Origin: Maribacter sp. 2-571
Lineage (GTDB): Bacteria; Bacteroidota; Bacteroidia; Flavobacteriales; Flavobacteriaceae
Reading direction: 5' to 3'
Length of the DNA: 64,000 nucleotides
Assembly: GCF_050589625.1 (NCBI RefSeq)
Contig: NZ_JBNGOP010000003.1
Span: 87,023-151,022 of the forward strand
The translations under genes were made by a program, and so were the position numbers. How positions within the stretch are numbered: the first letter of the stretch is position 1; each line of letters begins with the position of its first letter. Under the pieces are notes generated by a model. It made no database searches and was not told the DNA's origin. It saw only the letters and a program-made list of their open reading frames with translations. This document shows, piece by piece, positions 36,720-46,165 of the stretch.

Positions 36720-37402
36720 TGTTGTTTTTTTAGATTGTTCTTATACTTCTGCCGTATGGCTTTAAAGCTTTTGTTCTTTTTTTGATGTTTGAAGTCGGTT
36801 CCTTTAAAGACCCGAACCGGATTTCCCCGTTGTAGCTTCAAATGATTTTCCCATTGGTCCGATATACTGTTTTTCAACTGCCGAAGGTTGGCCTCGTTCA
36901 CCTTTTCCTGTAACCGGGTTTTTGCCAGTTTTTTATTTTGGTGCTGCGACCTGTTATCCATGGCAACGACCTGAATTCCCGTCGGATGATGAGTGGCCCT
37001 AACCGCAGAGTTGACCTTATTTACATGCTGCCCACCAGGCCCTGTGCTTCTCATGGTTTGAAAAGAGATATCGTTATCCTTAATTGCTGTAGGGTTCAAC
37101 AGTTTCAGTTCAAAAACGCCGATGAACCAGTTTTTTCGTTTATGGTACTTTCGAAAATTTGAGGTGCCGATCCATTGAATGGTTCCTAACCACGTTGCTA
37201 AAAAAGTATTTAGGGTACTCCCTGTCAGCCCAATGGTGACCGATTGTACCGTGCCGTTTTGAGAACCTTTTTCCTGATGAAGTATGGCATATTGCAATCC
37301 TTCTGCCTTTACTTCCTGCAAGAATAGCTTTAGCACTTGGGAAACGACCCAGCAACATTCTGCCGGGCCTCTTCCTGCTGTAATTTGTAATATCTTTTCC
37401 AT
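36710..37402 (-). CDS. prfH: Peptide chain release factor H (PrfH; RF2-like, lacking domain 1)
   Basis: 230 aa with the GGQ motif ([25 protein letters not shown]), immediately downstream of the RtcB gene, as in the classical prfH-rtcB pair. Confidence 0.75.
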   Translation of the reverse strand: MEKILQITAGRGPAECCWVVSQVLKLFLQEVKAEGLQYAILHQEKGSQNGTVQSVTIGLTGSTLNTFLATWLGTIQWIGTSNFRKYHKRKNWFIGVFELKLLNPTAIKDNDISFQTMRSTGPGGQHVNKVNSAVRATHHPTGIQVVAMDNRSQHQNKKLAKTRLQEKVNEANLRQLKNSISDQWENHLKLQRGNPVRVFKGTDFKHQKKNKSFKAIRQKYKNNLKKQQWD

Positions 37403-37426
37403 TGTTTTTAGTTTTATTAGGTATTA

Positions 37427-37525
37427 AGTACTGAGTACTTAGTACAAAGTATTTTGAATACCTTCTCAATACTCAATACTCAATACTCAATACTCAATAC
37501 TCAATACTCAATACTCATATCTCAC
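37427..37525. repeat. Heptanucleotide microsatellites in the rtcB-prfH intergenic region: (AGTACNN)x4 followed by (TCAATAC)x7-8
   Basis: agtactgagtacttagtacaaagtatt ... tcaatactcaatactcaatactcaatactcaatactcaatactcaatactcatatc. Confidence 0.85.
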
Positions 37526-37532
37526 TACTATT

Positions 37533-38924
37533 TCATTTATCCATTCGTACTATTTTAGGGGTAAAGGTTCCAAGTACTTCAACCAATTCTTGTTGATTCG
37601 CCATGACTTTTTCTATGTTTTTATAGGCCATCGGCGCTTCGTCTATTCCCCCGCCAATGAGGGTTACTTCATTGGCGTTCAATTGTTTTTTAATCTCGTT
37701 TTGGGTAAAGGTCTCCTTACACTTTCGTCTTGAAAAAAGACGCCCTGCACCGTGGGAGGCGGATTGTAAGCTCGCTGCATTTCCCAAACCTTTTACGATG
37801 TAACCCGGTGCCGTCATAGATCCGGGAATGATTCCCAGTTCGCCTTTTGCAGCCGGAGTCGCTCCTTTTCTGTGTACGATACACTCCTCACCGTTTACCT
37901 CTTGTTTCCAGGCAAAATTGTGATGGTTCCGTATCTTGACTATTGGTTTTGCTCCTAAAAGCTTGGCCAGCCTAGTATGAATATCATCGTGGCATGCGGT
38001 AGCGTAATCGCCCGCCAAACGCATCGCCAACCAATATTCCTGTCCGTCATGAGTATTTAAATCCAACCATGCCAAATGCTGTACGTGTTTGGGCAAGGGA
38101 CATTGCTTAGTGGCCAAATACGTGTACTGTTTTGCAATGTTCGCACCAAGGCCACGCGACCCGCTATGGGAAAGTAGACCGAGATATTCCCCCGATTTAA
38201 GTCCCCATTCGTTATCGTCGTCCGTAAGGGTTACCGTACCGAATTCAACAAAGTGGTTTCCTCCACCTGAGGTTCCCAACTGCTTGTACGCCTTGTCCTT
38301 TAGTCTTTTTACGAACGGTATATTTTTAAATTCTTCTCGCTCAAAGATTTCATGGTCATGCTTTATCCGATGCGTTTCCCGCATTCCGAACTTGGTATGT
38401 TCGGAAAGCATGTTCGCCAATTGATGCTTCTTTCCTTTAAGGTAGGAAACCGCAATAGGATAAACGGTCAAACACATACTACAGCCAATATCGACTCCTA
38501 CACCATAGGGGATTACCGCATTATGGGTCGCCAAAACACCCCCGATCGGCAGGCCATACCCGCTATGGGCATCCGGCATTAGAGCACCAGCTACGGAAAT
38601 CGGTAATTTTAGGGCATCGTACAATTGATACTTGGCTTGTTGCTCAATTTCATTTTCACCGTATATCCGAAAAGGAGCGCGTACCGTTTTGAGTTCCTGT
38701 TTTTTAACGATGACCGGGTCCAATAAACTTTCGGCTATCTTTCCCCACACGGCATCACCGCTATAGTCTTCGGGGTGCAACAACACTTTTTTGGCTTCCG
38801 TCAATACCTGCGCTTTCTTTTTTCGCTTATGGTACCTGTTGATCTGGCCCAAGGTGATGTTTATACTATTGTTCTTTGGAAAACCTAATTTGATCAGGTC
38901 CTTCCCGCTTAATTTTTTTCCCAT
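37533..38924 (-). CDS. rtcB: RtcB-family RNA 3'-phosphate ligase (release-factor-H-coupled RtcB2 type)
   Basis: 463 aa; conserved RtcB motifs MPDAHSGYG, GGGNHF, NHHNF and SHGAGR (metal and GTP-binding His/Cys residues). Confidence 0.8.
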   Translation of the reverse strand: MGKKLSGKDLIKLGFPKNNSINITLGQINRYHKRKKKAQVLTEAKKVLLHPEDYSGDAVWGKIAESLLDPVIVKKQELKTVRAPFRIYGENEIEQQAKYQLYDALKLPISVAGALMPDAHSGYGLPIGGVLATHNAVIPYGVGVDIGCSMCLTVYPIAVSYLKGKKHQLANMLSEHTKFGMRETHRIKHDHEIFEREEFKNIPFVKRLKDKAYKQLGTSGGGNHFVEFGTVTLTDDDNEWGLKSGEYLGLLSHSGSRGLGANIAKQYTYLATKQCPLPKHVQHLAWLDLNTHDGQEYWLAMRLAGDYATACHDDIHTRLAKLLGAKPIVKIRNHHNFAWKQEVNGEECIVHRKGATPAAKGELGIIPGSMTAPGYIVKGLGNAASLQSASHGAGRLFSRRKCKETFTQNEIKKQLNANEVTLIGGGIDEAPMAYKNIEKVMANQQELVEVLGTFTPKIVRMDK

Positions 38925-39694
38925 GATATTTCGTCTTTTAGTAATTGGTGAATGGAATATTTTCTAAGGTTTTGGACATCTTTTTTAATTTTTCTGTTCC
39001 GTTTTTTCACTTCTTCTACCTTCCACCAATCGTTCCATTTGTCTAGTTTTTCATTCGTTTCGTAATAGCCATGCTTTTTCATTTGCTGTCCCAATAGCGC
39101 ACTTTCACTTTCCAGTTTTGGGTCAATGCGTTTGCTATGGGTGATAAAGGCTCTGGTAAATCGGATCCGATATGCCCCTCTCGGGATTTTTACATAGTAC
39201 CGGAGTCTCAATTTTTTACTTTCCACCATATAGTGGAAAGGCATGCACAGTAATTTTGCTTTATCGCTCAATCGATTGTACTGTTTTTTGCTAATGGTCG
39301 GAATTTCCTTGTTGATCAAATATTTTGAAGTTTGATGACGCCACTTTTTTTCCGCTTCTTCTTTGGTGCGTCCCCAAAATAGTTTTTCCACCTTATCGTA
39401 CACCTCTCTTATAGCGGCACCATTTTTATAGTGCTCCACGCCATGGGTGATGATAATTTCTTTAAACCAACCATGTCGAATAGGCTTCTTTAACTCGATA
39501 AACCCCAGTGCATTTTTTTCTGCCCATAGTTGACCTAGTCTCTTTCGAATACGACGAATTTCTTTCGCTCTTTTACATTTGATATGTGGGGGTTTCACGA
39601 CACATCCGTTTTTAGGGTTGCATTTTTTTAAAATCAGGTTGCTGCATCGTTCGATGCCAAAATCGTTTGCGCAATGGCATTGATTTTGTTTCAA
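38909..39694 (-). CDS. Hypothetical Cys-rich, highly basic protein translationally coupled to rtcB
   Basis: 261 aa; N-terminal CHC...C...C..C...C (CHCANDFGIERCSNLILKKCNPKNGCVVKPPHIKC) zinc-ribbon-like cluster; Lys/Arg/Trp-rich; 16-nt overlap with the rtcB start. Confidence 0.5.
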   Translation of the reverse strand: MKQNQCHCANDFGIERCSNLILKKCNPKNGCVVKPPHIKCKRAKEIRRIRKRLGQLWAEKNALGFIELKKPIRHGWFKEIIITHGVEHYKNGAAIREVYDKVEKLFWGRTKEEAEKKWRHQTSKYLINKEIPTISKKQYNRLSDKAKLLCMPFHYMVESKKLRLRYYVKIPRGAYRIRFTRAFITHSKRIDPKLESESALLGQQMKKHGYYETNEKLDKWNDWWKVEEVKKRNRKIKKDVQNLRKYSIHQLLKDEISWEKN

Positions 39695-39989
39695 AACCCG
39701 GTTTTATCGCATTTTCGACCCTTAGGACGAAAATTTTGTATGTAAACTGGGTTAAATGATCCTAGTATAAATCCCGGAAAGTCCTGCCTTTAAAAATCAG
39801 GCATAAAAAAAGTCCGAAACGTTTGGGCTTCGGACTTTCGATCATAGGCTATGGTGGCATTATGTATTGTAGAAGTCCTGAAGCGACACCAATAAAGCAC
39901 CTGGTGCTTTTAGTGTTTTTCGATATGTATTTATAAAAGTCATACTACTTCAGTTAAAAATGGGAGTGATTAATTTTGATGCAAATCTA

Positions 39990-40228
39990 AAACGCTTTTT
40001 TGGATTTACCAAATTAAAATCGATTTAAATTACTGATAATCAATTAGTTATATTTAGGTCAAGACACAGCTGTCCCTGTCCGTTTTGGAACGGATAGCAG
40101 CATATTTCATGAATTTGCTGTTTATCAAACGATTAGCTTTCAAATGGCATCCTTTTGAAATTTGGAGAATTCCCAAAAAAAATTACATAAAAAAAGCGCC
40201 CAATTTCTTGGACGCTCCAGTTATGTAT
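39990..40228 (+). repeat. Copy 2 of the ~230-bp intergenic repeat (promoter-like element, ~170 nt, terminator hairpin AGCGCCCAA/TTGGACGCT)
   Basis: See copy 1. The ORF-track ORF 40085..40327 overlaps it and is probably not coding. Direct orientation relative to copy 1, so together they bracket the rtcB-prfH cassette. Confidence 0.6.
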
Positions 40229-40367
40229 CAGTTTTCAATAGTACCTACCCATCAATTTGATGCAATCCCAGCTTTTCGGCGTCCGATATGTGATGAAAAC
40301 AATTTGGCATGTACTATATTTTTATAATTAACTTTTAAAATTCAACGATTAAAATGTGGCATGGCAC

Positions 40368-40655
40368 CTATAATATCGCTATTACTTTACCATACACATT
40401 TTTGGTCCATCCATTAATTCTACCGTGATTGTTGCCAATAAGCAGACCACGTTTGTTGTTTTTCCCTTTAACAAGATGTGTAAAGACGTTTCCACGTACT
40501 TTACAATACACAATGTCACCTACCTCACAATCTTCCCAACCAATGGGCGCAATGCGCACCGCTTGTTTCGATTTTAAAAGGGGCAACATAGAATTGCCGG
40601 GTTCTTTTGAAATGATGGTCTCACCATCCTGTAATTTTTGAATTTTCCAATTCAT
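40368..40655 (-). CDS. Small S24/S26-family peptidase-like protein (LexA/UmuD-like catalytic domain only)
   Basis: 95 aa; GNSMLP (compare the GDSMEP Ser-nucleophile motif) and a downstream Lys (KVRGN). Confidence 0.4.
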   Translation of the reverse strand: MNWKIQKLQDGETIISKEPGNSMLPLLKSKQAVRIAPIGWEDCEVGDIVYCKVRGNVFTHLVKGKNNKRGLLIGNNHGRINGWTKNVYGKVIAIL

Positions 40656-40941
40656 TGTATCGATTTTAAAAGTTATGCACCTCCTTATGGAAGTACATAT
40701 CCCTTAAATCGTCAAAAGAACATTTTCAATGAACTGCCGCAAAGATGCGGATTATATGCCAACGGTCAAAAAAAATCCGGTCGTTACGAGGGTTTTCATA
40801 GTTAAAGTTACCGATTGCCGTTGGGCTCCTTTCCGATCGCAACGAATTCTAGTTTACCCCCAACGAATTCTAAAAGCACCGGATACGCCGTACGGACCAC
40901 CATTACATTTGATCAAAATAAAACCTTCTAAAACTAAAATT

Positions 40942-43095
40942 ATGAAATACGTATACACACTGCTTCTTTACTGTACCATTGCTTTTGGCTACGCCCAAGA
41001 ACACAATAGTCCCTATTTATCGGTAACTACGGAAGATGCCGAGGTTCCTTTAATGGCTTCCAAGACTGACGTGCAAATTTCCGGTGCTATTGCACATGTA
41101 CGGGTTTCCCAAGTATATCAAAATAACGGTAATCAAGCTATCGAGGCCAAATATGTATTTCCGCTCTCCACCCGAGCGGCGGTACATAAAATGCAGATGA
41201 CAGTGGGCGACCGAATCGTAAATGCGAAGATCTTTGAAAAACAAGAAGCCCAAAAAGTATATGAGACCGCGTTGCGCGAAGGCAAGCGGGCGGCAAAACT
41301 GGATCAAGATCGCCCCAATGTATTTCAAATGAATGTCGGTAACATTATGCCGAACGATGAAGTAACAATAGCCATTTATTATACCGAAATGTTGGTGCCC
41401 GTAAATGGGGAGTATCAGTTTGTAGCTCCGGCAGTTGTCGGGCCGCGGTTTACGGGAGAAAGCTCGGAAGGTTCAGCTAGTTTTCATATGCCGTATACGG
41501 CAGAGGGAATTTCGGATACGTTCGCTTTTGATATGACGGTGTCCATCAATGCCGGAATGATCATTCAACGTGTTGCCAGTAATAGTCACAATGTAAAGGT
41601 TACCTACCCGGACGCCATGACCGCTGAGGTTTTTTTGTCGCAAAACAACGAGAACCCCTCCAATAGGGACTTTATCCTGAACTATAACCTTCGTGGGAAC
41701 ACCATACAATCGGGAATGCTTTTGTACGAAGGAGAAGATGAGAACTTTTTCACCTTTCAAATGGAACCGACAAAAAGCGTGGCCTTGGAAGATATTCCCG
41801 CTCGGGAGTACCTTTTTATTGTGGATGTTTCCGGTTCCATGAACGGCTACCCCTTAGCGGTTTCCAAAGAACTGATGCGCAACCTGCTCTGCGGCCTAAG
41901 GTCGACCGACACCTTTAATGTACAACTGTTCGCTTCCAGTTCCACCGTATTCAGTGCCACACCGGTAGAAACGAACGAGCAGAATATTGAAGCGGCCATT
42001 CGGTTTCTTTCCGAAGAACAAGGGGGCGGGGGTACGCAATTGCTGAACGCTTTACAAGAGGCCTATAAACTTCCTAGAAAAAACCCTGCCAATGCCCGTT
42101 CTATGGTCGTCATTACCGATGGTTATGTAAGCGTGGAAAAAGAGGCGTTCGAATTGATCAAAAACAATTTGGACCAAGCCAATGTATTCACTTTCGGAAT
42201 CGGTTCCAGCGTCAATCGGTATTTGGTAGAGGGCATGGCCAAGGTAGCCAAAAGCGAATCTTTTATCGCTACGTCTAAAAAGGAAGCTTTTGAAGTGGCC
42301 AAAAAATTTGAAGCGTATATCGCCACACCCTTATTGACCCAGGTAAAAATAGAAGCAAAAGGTTTTGATATGTATGCTACTGCCCCGAGCAGTATTCCCG
42401 ATGTTTTTGCGGCAAGACCGGTAACCGTATATGGCAAATATCATGGTAAGCCGGAAGGCAAAATTATCGTAACCGGCTATCAGGGCGGTAAACGGTTCAG
42501 GCAAACGTTCAATGTTTCGGAAGGCCGTTTGAGCAAGACCAACAAAGCCTTACCGTATTTATGGGCACGAAAACGAATAGCGGAACTCGACGATTACAAT
42601 ACCCTGTTCAATGAGGATGTAAAAGATAGCGTCATCGCCTTGGGACTCCGATATCATTTGGCCACCAAGTATACCTCTTTCGTTGCCGTGGATCAAGCGG
42701 TGGTGAATAGGGATGGTGCTATGCGTATGGTAAAACAGCCGCTGCCCATGCCCCAAAATGTCAATAATTCCGCGGTAGGGGCCGAGGCCGAAGTAAAGGA
42801 ACGTACAACATACAAGCCTTCCTACAGTATCGTGTTCAATGAAAAGATGGATAAAACCACAAAAAGAAAAATAACAATGGAATTTAAGATGATCTATACA
42901 AAACTGGTCGATACGTATTTGGAAAAGTATGAAGGACTCCGAATAAAATTCAATGCGAAGGGCCAGGTAATGAGCATTGAAAAAATGGAAAACGGAAAAT
43001 GGGTCTCGGATTCTGGTCTGATCCATGAGTTTGAGGCGTTTTCCACAAGAAAAATGAGGTTGGACCAAGAGATGATCTTGACATTGAAAAAATAG
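40942..43095 (+). CDS. VIT (vault/inter-alpha-trypsin) and VWA domain-containing secreted protein; start at MKYVYTLLLY (the ORF-track start at 40729 is upstream read-through)
   Basis: Signal peptide; VIT domain; VWA MIDAS region LFIVDVSGSMNGYPL...ITDGYVS. Confidence 0.7.
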   Translation: MKYVYTLLLYCTIAFGYAQEHNSPYLSVTTEDAEVPLMASKTDVQISGAIAHVRVSQVYQNNGNQAIEAKYVFPLSTRAAVHKMQMTVGDRIVNAKIFEKQEAQKVYETALREGKRAAKLDQDRPNVFQMNVGNIMPNDEVTIAIYYTEMLVPVNGEYQFVAPAVVGPRFTGESSEGSASFHMPYTAEGISDTFAFDMTVSINAGMIIQRVASNSHNVKVTYPDAMTAEVFLSQNNENPSNRDFILNYNLRGNTIQSGMLLYEGEDENFFTFQMEPTKSVALEDIPAREYLFIVDVSGSMNGYPLAVSKELMRNLLCGLRSTDTFNVQLFASSSTVFSATPVETNEQNIEAAIRFLSEEQGGGGTQLLNALQEAYKLPRKNPANARSMVVITDGYVSVEKEAFELIKNNLDQANVFTFGIGSSVNRYLVEGMAKVAKSESFIATSKKEAFEVAKKFEAYIATPLLTQVKIEAKGFDMYATAPSSIPDVFAARPVTVYGKYHGKPEGKIIVTGYQGGKRFRQTFNVSEGRLSKTNKALPYLWARKRIAELDDYNTLFNEDVKDSVIALGLRYHLATKYTSFVAVDQAVVNRDGAMRMVKQPLPMPQNVNNSAVGAEAEVKERTTYKPSYSIVFNEKMDKTTKRKITMEFKMIYTKLVDTYLEKYEGLRIKFNAKGQVMSIEKMENGKWVSDSGLIHEFEAFSTRKMRLDQEMILTLKK

Positions 43096-43360
43096 GTTGT
43101 AGTTATACCATTTTAACTTTGAAATGGTATTAACAGGGTATTCGTTAGTGTTTGGTTGGTTTCCCTTTTCGGGGGAAGAGGGCCTGTAAGTGTCGAAAGC
43201 GCTTGCGGGCCTTTCTTTTTTAACCTGACAGGCTTAAGAAAGATGCCTAGAGCTACGGATTCTAGTTTAACCGCTACGGATACTAGAACCGCCCCAAAAA
43301 GCGGCCATAGGCACATTACTTTTAGGGTATAGAAACAAAACAACAACAAAAACTAGCATT

Positions 43361-43933
43361 ATGAAAAGTAGCATTCTTTTATTCCTATTCCTGTTATTGG
43401 CCGTCTTTTTAGGCAACGCCCAAGAATTTACACTTACGGAAAAGTATACGTTCGTCAATCAACGGACCTGGGGCCCGGAAGAGGAAGATCGGTCACTGGT
43501 AGACCTAGTGGCTTCCGAAGATTCCTCCACAATTGTTGCCACCCTGGGAATTACCTCCATGGAATTGTTGGAAGATGTACGTATTACGGTACTTCCAAAT
43601 CCCGGACTTGAAGCGGTCAAGGAAGTTGTAAAAGTTACGTTTGAATACATTGCCTGCTGTGCCAATACCGAAACCTATTACTTTTTGGTCGACCATGACA
43701 ATCAGTATACGGCCTTACCGAAAATTGACAACCTGTATTGCGATACCGCCGAATCCGATGAGCACTATGTTTTTCCGAGTCAGGCCTTCGGTAAGGAAGG
43801 TATCATCGTAAGGGCCGAACTGCGGTATTCGGCAACCAACGGCTCCATTAAAAATATTCATGTACTTCAAAGCCATGTCTGGAACGACGATGACTTCGAA
43901 TACCAAGACGCTATAACAGCGATCGAACCGTAA
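43361..43933 (+). CDS. Hypothetical secreted protein
   Basis: Signal peptide MKSSILLFLFLLLAVFLGNAQ; 190 aa. Confidence 0.5.
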   Translation: MKSSILLFLFLLLAVFLGNAQEFTLTEKYTFVNQRTWGPEEEDRSLVDLVASEDSSTIVATLGITSMELLEDVRITVLPNPGLEAVKEVVKVTFEYIACCANTETYYFLVDHDNQYTALPKIDNLYCDTAESDEHYVFPSQAFGKEGIIVRAELRYSATNGSIKNIHVLQSHVWNDDDFEYQDAITAIEP

Positions 43934-43971
43934 TAGGTTCATTTATTAATAACCCTTTAAAACATAAGATT

Positions 43972-44859
43972 ATGAAAAATTTGAAAAAAAGTGCTTTGAT
44001 GATTTGCTTGTTCGCCTTCGCGCAACTGTTTGCCCAAAATACTCCAGAAGTACAGTTTGAAACGATGCACACCGAAACACCGGAAGCAGAACTTCAGTAT
44101 GAATACCTGATGGCACACAAGGTTTTTCTTCGCGCAAAACCGTCCGTAAAAGGAAAAAAAATTGGGATTCTGAATATAGGAACACCAATGGTATTGTGGG
44201 AAAAAAGTAAAAACACCGAACAGCTAAACGGTATCAAGAGCAATTGGTACCGTGTAACGGCAGGTACGCAGACCGGATGGGTGTGGGGCGGTATGATCGC
44301 TCAAAAAGCATTCGGTAGCGAGGCCGATTACCGGGTAAAGTTCGTTTATGGCTTAGAGGCCAGTAGTATAAATGAGCATGGTATTGCAGAAAACAGGTAT
44401 CAGTTGCGCGCCTTCAAAAATGGGCATCAGTTGGATAAGATTGTACTCGATAGTTTGGTATCGACCCCATGCGCTGTGGAAAACATCGGAAACAAAGGAC
44501 TGTTCAATGTAGAGGACATTATAAAATTGGATGTTGCGGATAAGCATACCGGTGCCAATATTGGAAAAAGCTATGTGTTTTGGAACAATGGTAAGTTTAC
44601 GAACATCGCGAATTTAATGGACTATTCCGATGCCTTTTACACCAAAACGGAATCCTTCGTTTTTCCTTCCGATATGGAGGGAACCAGAAGTACAGTTGCC
44701 TTAAAAACGGTTATTGTGGATAACAATATGGTTCCTGAAAGTGGTTTGCTCGCCTCGCAGAAACGGCATATTACCACGGCATACGGCTGGAACGGTTACA
44801 AGTTGAGCAAAAAAGGCGATCATAGGATGTCCAACACTTCGGTCGCAAGCACCAATTAA
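43972..44859 (+). CDS. Secreted bacterial SH3-like (SH3b) domain protein
   Basis: Signal peptide; SH3b-like region (VFLRAKPSVKGKKIGILNIGTPMVLWEKSKNTEQLNGIKSNWYRVTAGTQTGWVWGG). Confidence 0.5.
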   Translation: MKNLKKSALMICLFAFAQLFAQNTPEVQFETMHTETPEAELQYEYLMAHKVFLRAKPSVKGKKIGILNIGTPMVLWEKSKNTEQLNGIKSNWYRVTAGTQTGWVWGGMIAQKAFGSEADYRVKFVYGLEASSINEHGIAENRYQLRAFKNGHQLDKIVLDSLVSTPCAVENIGNKGLFNVEDIIKLDVADKHTGANIGKSYVFWNNGKFTNIANLMDYSDAFYTKTESFVFPSDMEGTRSTVALKTVIVDNNMVPESGLLASQKRHITTAYGWNGYKLSKKGDHRMSNTSVASTN

Positions 44860-45085
44860 TACCATTTCAAAGTAAATGGTAAGAATAATAGGATTAGCAT
44901 CATACAAAAGGGTAGGGCAATACCATTATTGGGCCGTACCCTTTTTGGTGATTGGTCATGGCAATTGAAAAGTGTAATCCACTTCAATATCGCGTCGCCT
45001 GTAAAAGCGCCTTTTTTGCGTTATTTCAAGACCAGATATTTGTAAAAACTCATGGGGCGAGGGTACCCGTCCAAAAAAATCAAAA

Positions 45086-46117
45086 ATGAAAAAGCTCCAT
45101 ACGTTAGTATTCGTTTTGGTATTGTTGTTAGGTTATGGCAAACCATTGTCGCAAACTTTAGGGACGATTGCCCCTATGCCTGTGTTAGCGAATGAAACAA
45201 AGAGATCGGTGGTGTTCATAACCGGTTTTGATGAAGGTGACAATACGTATTATACCAATGCGGAAAACTACTTTGTGGAGCAAGGCCTGCCCGTAGTAAA
45301 AGGGCTCTTTTCCCTGGAGGAGGTCATCACTTGGTTGAACCGATCGGCCCAAATAAATTTTGATGAGGTACATATTGTTAGCCATAGCAATGCATGGATG
45401 GGAATGTCCCTAAAAACCACAAAGAACGGGCAACGTATAACGGTAAAAACCTTACTGCAGGCCAAAGGGGAACATAAAATACCGGAACTGAAAAGGGGAA
45501 TACACCCAGAAACTAAAGTAATGTTCCATTCCTGTGGATTGGGCGAGAATGTAAAGCTGCTACAGGAATTAAAAAGAACCTTGAGTGGTACGGTTTCGCC
45601 AAAGGTCTATGCTTCTGCCTACTTTAACGTATTTGGCGGAAAGTTTGCAGGGCATTATTTGGCCAAACCCTATTATGGGTATTACCCCACTGCGGAATCT
45701 CCCGGACCGTTGGCGCTTACCAAAGCGTTCCGATCGGCTTACCCGGAAACAAAAATTGATTGGCGCAAAGCCATGAAAACCCGTCGTGAAGCTACCCTTG
45801 GGGAAGCATACAGTTTTAAGTTCAACATTCCCGTTACCTGGGAATTTAGTTTCGATACGGTTTCGGAAGTGCCCGTACTGGACGGCCGCGAGGCCATTAT
45901 GGATTGGGTGGCGGAATCCCCGGAAATGGCCGAAGTCCTTTTGGAATTGAATATCCCTCTGGAAAAGTTCCGTTGGAAGAGCGAAGTTCAAGGAAAAAAA
46001 ATGACGATCAAAGCAAAAACGACCGTGCTTTGTGTACTGGAGCCGGTTTTGAGTCATTGTAACGAAGAGTACCGTATGCCAGTAGCCGAAGAGACAACGC
46101 TATATCAAATATTATAG
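45086..46117 (+). CDS. Hypothetical secreted protein
   Basis: Signal peptide; 343 aa; no recognisable domain. Confidence 0.5.
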   Translation: MKKLHTLVFVLVLLLGYGKPLSQTLGTIAPMPVLANETKRSVVFITGFDEGDNTYYTNAENYFVEQGLPVVKGLFSLEEVITWLNRSAQINFDEVHIVSHSNAWMGMSLKTTKNGQRITVKTLLQAKGEHKIPELKRGIHPETKVMFHSCGLGENVKLLQELKRTLSGTVSPKVYASAYFNVFGGKFAGHYLAKPYYGYYPTAESPGPLALTKAFRSAYPETKIDWRKAMKTRREATLGEAYSFKFNIPVTWEFSFDTVSEVPVLDGREAIMDWVAESPEMAEVLLELNIPLEKFRWKSEVQGKKMTIKAKTTVLCVLEPVLSHCNEEYRMPVAEETTLYQIL

Positions 46118-46165
46118 CCTTATTTTCGTTTAATCTACGGTCCAACTAATGGAAATTCTAGTCTT

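Noticed and set aside
40942-43095. Considered whether the VWA protein could be a Ro60/TROVE homologue, which would make the tRNA-like genes Y-RNA analogues as in rsr-yrlA-rtcB loci
   Set aside because: The N-terminal domain is a VIT domain with a signal peptide (secreted), not a TROVE/HEAT ring. It is also 5 kb away on the opposite strand. The Y-RNA analogy is kept only as a loose conceptual parallel.
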